From the IMG/VR virus record IMGVR_UViG_3300048998_000250, positions 1 through 38,625 of that record: a DNA stretch of 38,625 bases; one strand, given 5' to 3'. The DNA comes from a virus (lineage: Duplodnaviria; Caudoviricetes). Every line of letters starts with the position of its first letter. Positions within the stretch are counted from its first letter, which is position 1. Below, one piece after another: positions 33,917 through 38,625 of this stretch. The translations under genes and the position numbers were made by a program. The notes under the pieces are model-generated. The model was given only the letters and a program-made list of their open reading frames with translations, was not told the origin of the DNA and made no database searches.

Positions 33917-35539
33917 CTACTCTCCTGTGCCGGTGGCCACGGCGCGCAACCGTGGGCGCGCCGTGGTCGAGGTGGGGTGGCCATCGCTCGTCGCTCGGAG
34001 CAGCCGCTCGTAGCGCGCGTAGAACACTTTCGTGCTGATCTCGCCGGTCACGAGGCGCCGGAACAGCGCGCGCACGCGGCGCGGCGCGGGGCTGGCCGCC
34101 TTCGTATTGCCCGCGCTCGTCTGGTCGCCCGTGACATCCACGCCCGCCGTGCCGGAGACGTCGATCTCGTGCGCCAGCTCGTCGATGATCTCCTCCCAGT
34201 CGCGCCCCTGCTCACCGGCCAGCCGGGTGCGCGAGTCGAGGCCGAGATCGATCGCGAGCTTCGCCGCGATGAGGTCGTCCTTGGGGTTCACCCACTTCCA
34301 GCCCCGGGGGCGCCACTTCACGTCGCGGTAGTCGGAGGAGAGGCGGCTGTCGACGGCGAGGCTGCCGGCGAGCAAGGCGTTTGGGAGCCACGCGTCGTAC
34401 ACGTCGCCATGGCAATGCTCGATGAGCCAGCGCTGGAGCGTGCGGTACCAATCGCGCTCGGAGAGCAGCCCGGCGCGGATCGAGGAGTAGTTGACCGCCT
34501 CCAGGTCGCCGGTCAGCGTCGTGTAGGCCATATTGAGCCCGCGGGCGACGCCGCGGAGTACGGCCTTCGTGAAATCCTTGAAGGCGATCGACGGGTGCTT
34601 CGGGTCGAACAGTTGCATCTCCTGCCCCGGCGCCAGCTCCTCGAACGAGCCGGGCGCGGCATCGGACAGCCGCGCCGTCTCCCCGTCGCCCGAGGCGTCA
34701 TACGCTTCGATCGCCTCGGGCGTCTTGTTGACGATGAACCCCATCTTCGCCGCCGCCGTCCGCGCGGCGACCAGCTCGGCTTCGGTGTAGCCGTCGAGCA
34801 TCTTGAGGTTGAGCAGCGCGGGCGCGAACCAGGTCACCCCACGCGTCTGCTGCCCGCGATACTGCACGAACAGGTGGATGATCTCCTCGGCCGGCACGCG
34901 CACGCGCTGCCGCGGCCCCATGTCGGAGATTTGCCGCGACCAGATGTGGTAGGCGATCGGGGCCCCGTACTCGTCGATCTCCACGCCGTTCCGCACCTCG
35001 TGCTGCCCGGGGCTCGGCCCGACGAGATAGAATTCGTCGACCTGATCGGCGTCGATGAACTGGAGGGCGAACGCGTGCGGATTGCCGAAATAGCGGATCT
35101 TGCGGAAAAAACACTCGCCGTCCATCGCCACGGTGCGGACCGCGAGCCGCTGGAGATCGCGCCAACTCGTGCGGCGATCAACGCTTGCGTGCTGCGGACG
35201 CCCCCAGTCGAGCCACGCGCGCTCGATCGCCTGGTTCGTCGTCTTGGACTTCTTCCCGTCGCCGGTCGAGACGTGGGCTTCGAGCAGGATGCCGTCCGGG
35301 CCGACCACGTTGCTGGCCAGCTCGTTGAGAAAACCGGATGCGTGCGGATTGTCGCGAACGAGCATGCGCGCCCGCGCGCGCATGACGCGACCCGCCATGC
35401 GGATCTCGACGTCCGGCGAGTAGATGCCCGCCTGAAAATCCTGATAGAGCCGCGAGCCCGTCGCGCCGCCGAACACCGCGCGACGGTCCACGCGTGGCGC
35501 GTCCATCATCCGGGCGGCGGCCCGGAAGGCGTTACCCAC
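33917..35539 (-). CDS. Portal protein, lambda family
   Basis: RARARMLVRDNP, GVEIDEYGAPIAYH, TGDLEAVNYSSIRAGL, WVNPKDD. Confidence 0.95.
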   Translation of the reverse strand: MGNAFRAAARMMDAPRVDRRAVFGGATGSRLYQDFQAGIYSPDVEIRMAGRVMRARARMLVRDNPHASGFLNELASNVVGPDGILLEAHVSTGDGKKSKTTNQAIERAWLDWGRPQHASVDRRTSWRDLQRLAVRTVAMDGECFFRKIRYFGNPHAFALQFIDADQVDEFYLVGPSPGQHEVRNGVEIDEYGAPIAYHIWSRQISDMGPRQRVRVPAEEIIHLFVQYRGQQTRGVTWFAPALLNLKMLDGYTEAELVAARTAAAKMGFIVNKTPEAIEAYDASGDGETARLSDAAPGSFEELAPGQEMQLFDPKHPSIAFKDFTKAVLRGVARGLNMAYTTLTGDLEAVNYSSIRAGLLSERDWYRTLQRWLIEHCHGDVYDAWLPNALLAGSLAVDSRLSSDYRDVKWRPRGWKWVNPKDDLIAAKLAIDLGLDSRTRLAGEQGRDWEEIIDELAHEIDVSGTAGVDVTGDQTSAGNTKAASPAPRRVRALFRRLVTGEISTKVFYARYERLLRATSDGHPTSTTARPRLRAVATGTGE

Positions 35540-35810
35540 GACGCCGCTCCAGGTCGTTCAGCTTGTAGAGCCCGTAGCGCGCGACGTTGGCGAGCCAGCC
35601 CCAGCCTGCGAGCGAGAGGCAGAAGAGCCCCGCCGAGAGCGACCAGACCGGCCCACGCTGGGCCACCTGCGCGATGGCGTGCGTGACGAGCCCCCACCCG
35701 GCGAGCACGGCGAACGACTGCGCCAACTCCGCGCGCGCGACGAGGAGGGCACGACCGAGGCGCCGCACCTGGCGCACGACCGGCACGTCCATGACGTCAG
35801 CGGGTCGCAC
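35532..35810 (-). CDS. Small two-TM membrane protein
   Basis: Hydrophobic segments; lies between the gpW-like gene and the portal. Confidence 0.6.
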   Translation of the reverse strand: MRPADVMDVPVVRQVRRLGRALLVARAELAQSFAVLAGWGLVTHAIAQVAQRGPVWSLSAGLFCLSLAGWGWLANVARYGLYKLNDLERRRG

Positions 35811-36369
35811 TGAACACCACCGTGCGCTGCGGGGCCGCGAGGGTGGGATGCCGCTGGCGCCAGACCTCGTGGCGATAGCGGGCGCGGAGACGCATCAACT
35901 GCCGCGTCTCGATCTTGCCGACCGACTTCCCGTCGATCTGGTAGTGCTCCATGTCGGCGGGGAGCCGCTTCTCGATCGCAGCCTCGATCAGCGCGAGCGC
36001 GCGGTCGGCATGCGTCTGCGAGGCGACCGGCGTGGTCGTGAGCGGGTTCGCATCAATCACCACGACGGCGTCGTAGATCGTATGCGTCTCGCCGCTCAGC
36101 GAGACTTGCCCCACCAGTCGGAAGGTGCCGTCCGCGTTGATCGCGGCGGTGTCGGCAGGGGCGAAGGCGACGAGCCAGCCACCGCCTTGCACCGCCCCCG
36201 TCACCGTCTTGTCGACGAGCGGCGTCGCGGCGGTCCCGACCGGCCCGAAGAGCCGGTACTTCAGGACCCAGCCGTCGAGCGCCGAGAAGTCACCAAGTCC
36301 TTTGGTGAACTGCACGGTATCGCCAGCAACAATCGTCGTCGGTTCGCCGACCGGGATCTGAGGTGCCAA
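35797..36369 (-). CDS. gpW-like head completion protein with N-terminal Ig-like domain
   Basis: LALIEAAI...HYQIDGKSV...QLMRLRARY; position between terminase and portal. Confidence 0.8.
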   Translation of the reverse strand: MAPQIPVGEPTTIVAGDTVQFTKGLGDFSALDGWVLKYRLFGPVGTAATPLVDKTVTGAVQGGGWLVAFAPADTAAINADGTFRLVGQVSLSGETHTIYDAVVVIDANPLTTTPVASQTHADRALALIEAAIEKRLPADMEHYQIDGKSVGKIETRQLMRLRARYRHEVWRQRHPTLAAPQRTVVFSATR

Positions 36370-36379
36370 CCGGGCTCCT

Positions 36380-36518
36380 GGAAACGGAAAACGGCGCCCA
36401 CTGACCCCCCCCGAGAGGGATCGTTGAGCGCCGAGGTCACGCGGCAGTAAGATTGTCGGGGCCAGCCCTGAGGGCGGCCTGTGCGGTCAGTGTAGCACTA
36501 GGCTGCGGGATCTGTCAA
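36380..36518 (-). ncRNA. Promoter plus leader/attenuator element copy A (before head genes)
   Basis: TTGACA-18-(TGc)TACACT, hairpin, ACAATCTT, GCCGCGTGACCTCGGC, terminator CGGCGCTC...GGGCGCCG then TTTTCCGTTTCC. Confidence 0.75.
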
Positions 36519-36552
36519 CGCCTTCGCGGAAGCGCGTCTGGCACCCGCTCAC

Positions 36553-38502
36553 TCACCAGTTGTTCACCCAGCCCGCACGGCGCGGCTTTGGCGGGGAGTA
36601 GACTGACGCGGGCTCGGGCGGGGGCGCGACGGGTTTGGTCGCGCGGAGTGCCGCGCCCTGCTCGCGGAGTTTCTCGGCGCGACGACCGAGCCCTTTGATC
36701 GCCGTCTCGCCAAGCGAATGCAGCGCGGCCAGCGCGTACACCTCAAGGTCAAGGGCTTCGTTGCGGTCACGGGTCGGCACCCACCGTCGTGACCACCCGC
36801 CCTGTGGATCACGCCGCGCGATCTTCTGCTCGCTTGTGAGCTGCGCGAAATACTCCGCGTCGCACCAAGGCGCGACCGGGAAATGCATGTAGCCGGGCCC
36901 CGGGAGCGGCTTCCTGAGCCGGCTCCCGAGAATCAGGTCCTTCGCCGTGTCCGGGCCGACCTCATACACCTTGACCCGGTGCTTGCCGACCCGCGCTGGC
37001 TTGGTGGGCCAGAGCGGTTTCCCCTGCTCCTTCGCGCCGCGGATCGCGTACACCTGGCGCCCCGCATGCGCCCGCACGAATCGGGCGACGTTGTCGGAGT
37101 AGTGGCCGCCATAGTCGATCACTGTCACGGTGGCCCGGAGCAGCACGCCCGACTCGTGGATCCACTCGCGCTCGAGCAACGCGTCGAGCCGCGCCCACAC
37201 GTTGTCGGGTGCGGCGGCGTCGCCCGGATCACCGAGCAGCCGCTCAAGATGAATCAGCCAGCTCTCCTCCTGCTCGCCGTATCCCTTCACGGCCACCTCG
37301 AGCCGATCGCCTTGCACGTCGACCGACACGACGAGGAGCGCGGCCCCCATTGGCACTTCGGCCTGATACTCCTCGCGCCGGTCGTAGAGCGTGTCCCCGT
37401 TGACCCGCTCGCCTTTCTCCTCGAAGGTCTCGGCGAGGCGCGTATTGACGAACACTTGGAGGAGGTCTCGCTCGCCCTTGGCCGCGACGAACTCGTCGGC
37501 CAGTTCGGCGAGCGAGACGAATGGAGAGATCAGCGCCGGGATGTGGAATCCGGCGGGCTTCGTCTCACCGACACCGGGAGGTGCCATCGCGAGCCACCGG
37601 CCAGCCCGGATCATGCGCTGCCGCGCGCTCTCCGTGATGACGCATCCGTTCGGCTGGCACACGTAGTACGCGGTCTCGGGCTTGTGGACCTTGGTGTCCC
37701 CCTCGCCGGTTTTCTCCCACTGCACGCCTTTCCACACGAGCACCTGCTCGGCCCCGCAGTGAGGGCAGGGGCAATGCCAGCGCCGTTGGTCACTCCGTTC
37801 GTATTCACGCTCGATGTTGCTGAATTTCTTGAGCGTGGGCGTCGAGCCTTTGATGAGCTTCCGGTTCCAGAACGTCGTCGCGCGCTTCTCACCCAGCTTG
37901 ATCGGATTGCCCTCTTTTCCCGACGAGGGGGGAAAGCCGTCGATCTCGTCAAAGATGACGACGCGCCGCGGGCGCGCCCGAAGCCCGGCCGGGGCGTTCG
38001 CCCCGACGATCCCGAGATGGCCGCCGGGGTATGCCTTGCTGAGGATCGTCGTATCGCTGTTCCGCGTCCGCGCGTCCTTGATGCTGGCCCGGAGCACCGG
38101 CGTGTCGCGCAACATGGGCGAGAGTTTTTCCTTACTCCATTTCTCGGCCTCTTCGACGGAGATGTGCACCACAAGAATAGGGGCCGGGTCCTGATGGATG
38201 TGGTAGCCGACGAGGTTGTTGACGACGCCATCCGTGAAGGCGACCTGCACGCCCTTCATGACGACCGTCTCGCGAATCCGCCGGTCCGTGCAGGTGTCCA
38301 TCACCTCGCGGAGATAGGGCACCACGTCGGTCCGGAACCGCCCGGGCGACGCGGAATTCTCACGTGAGAGCATCCGATACCGGTCCGCCCATTCCGAGAG
38401 GGTCAGGGTCGGGGGCGGCGCCAAGATCGTCCGGCACATCTGCGATCGTCGGCGCCGCCACGCCTGTCGCGCGGACGCGTGCGTGCTATGCCGCGCCAAC
38501 AC
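36553..38502 (-). CDS. Terminase large subunit, lambda GpA family
   Basis: LSEWAD, MKGVQVAFT, VIFDEID, STPT, CPCPHC, VDVQGDRLE, RNEALD. Confidence 0.97.
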   Translation of the reverse strand: MLARHSTHASARQAWRRRRSQMCRTILAPPPTLTLSEWADRYRMLSRENSASPGRFRTDVVPYLREVMDTCTDRRIRETVVMKGVQVAFTDGVVNNLVGYHIHQDPAPILVVHISVEEAEKWSKEKLSPMLRDTPVLRASIKDARTRNSDTTILSKAYPGGHLGIVGANAPAGLRARPRRVVIFDEIDGFPPSSGKEGNPIKLGEKRATTFWNRKLIKGSTPTLKKFSNIEREYERSDQRRWHCPCPHCGAEQVLVWKGVQWEKTGEGDTKVHKPETAYYVCQPNGCVITESARQRMIRAGRWLAMAPPGVGETKPAGFHIPALISPFVSLAELADEFVAAKGERDLLQVFVNTRLAETFEEKGERVNGDTLYDRREEYQAEVPMGAALLVVSVDVQGDRLEVAVKGYGEQEESWLIHLERLLGDPGDAAAPDNVWARLDALLEREWIHESGVLLRATVTVIDYGGHYSDNVARFVRAHAGRQVYAIRGAKEQGKPLWPTKPARVGKHRVKVYEVGPDTAKDLILGSRLRKPLPGPGYMHFPVAPWCDAEYFAQLTSEQKIARRDPQGGWSRRWVPTRDRNEALDLEVYALAALHSLGETAIKGLGRRAEKLREQGAALRATKPVAPPPEPASVYSPPKPRRAGWVNNW

Positions 38503-38625
38503 CGGGCTCCTCCTCCGACTCCTCGTCGAGCTCTGGGTCCTCGCCGGCTTCGGAGAGTGCCTGAAGCAGTTCTGTCGACAACCGTTCGAGGACGACCAGC
38601 GCGGACGCTGGATCGGTGGTCTCAG
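38486..38625 (-). CDS. Terminase small subunit C-terminus (partial)
   Basis: ...ALVVLERLSTELLQALSEAGEDPELDEESEEEPGVGAA* overlapping the large-subunit start. Confidence 0.65.
   Translation of the reverse strand, partial: ETTDPASALVVLERLSTELLQALSEAGEDPELDEESEEEPGVGAA

Noticed and set aside
18103-38367. Long + strand ORFs (e.g. 20970-23048, 33725-35686, 36883-38367)
   Set aside because: Antisense shadows of high-GC genes with Arg/Gly/Pro-rich nonsense composition.
1-38625. tRNA, rRNA, integrase or att site
   Set aside because: None recognised by eye; a tRNA/Rfam scan was not run.

Overview
GC-rich temperate siphophage or prophage segment; the host is unknown, though the Ig-lipoprotein style hints at Gemmatimonadota (inference only). 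The minus strand from 38.6 kb down to 9.4 kb carries the late region: lambda-type terminase, gpW-like protein, portal, a fused S49 protease/HK97 capsid ORF, head-tail and tail genes, tape measure, tail tip and fibres, a lysis cassette (holin, CHAP endolysin, unusual spanin candidate) and accessory structural genes. Positions 1-3.5 kb hold an immunity/early region with an XRE repressor divergent from a Phd/YefM-like gene in the cro position. Between them is a nested insertion: a decayed IS1-like element with a NYN nuclease passenger, itself split by an intact 4586-bp IS1595-family element (22-bp TIRs, 8-bp TSD) that carries an MqsR/MqsA/SecB toxin-antitoxin-chaperone module. The most notable unexplained signals are: (i) two covarying copies of a promoter-leader attenuator RNA, before the head genes and before the lysis cassette; (ii) a TAC-type operator repeated in a promoter facing the transposase; (iii) a putative sRNA whose loop is complementary to the predicted 5' end of a passenger mRNA; (iv) Phd in place of Cro; (v) a TM/coiled-coil/beta-anchor spanin candidate. 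All protein calls are by-eye motif recognition; no searches were run.
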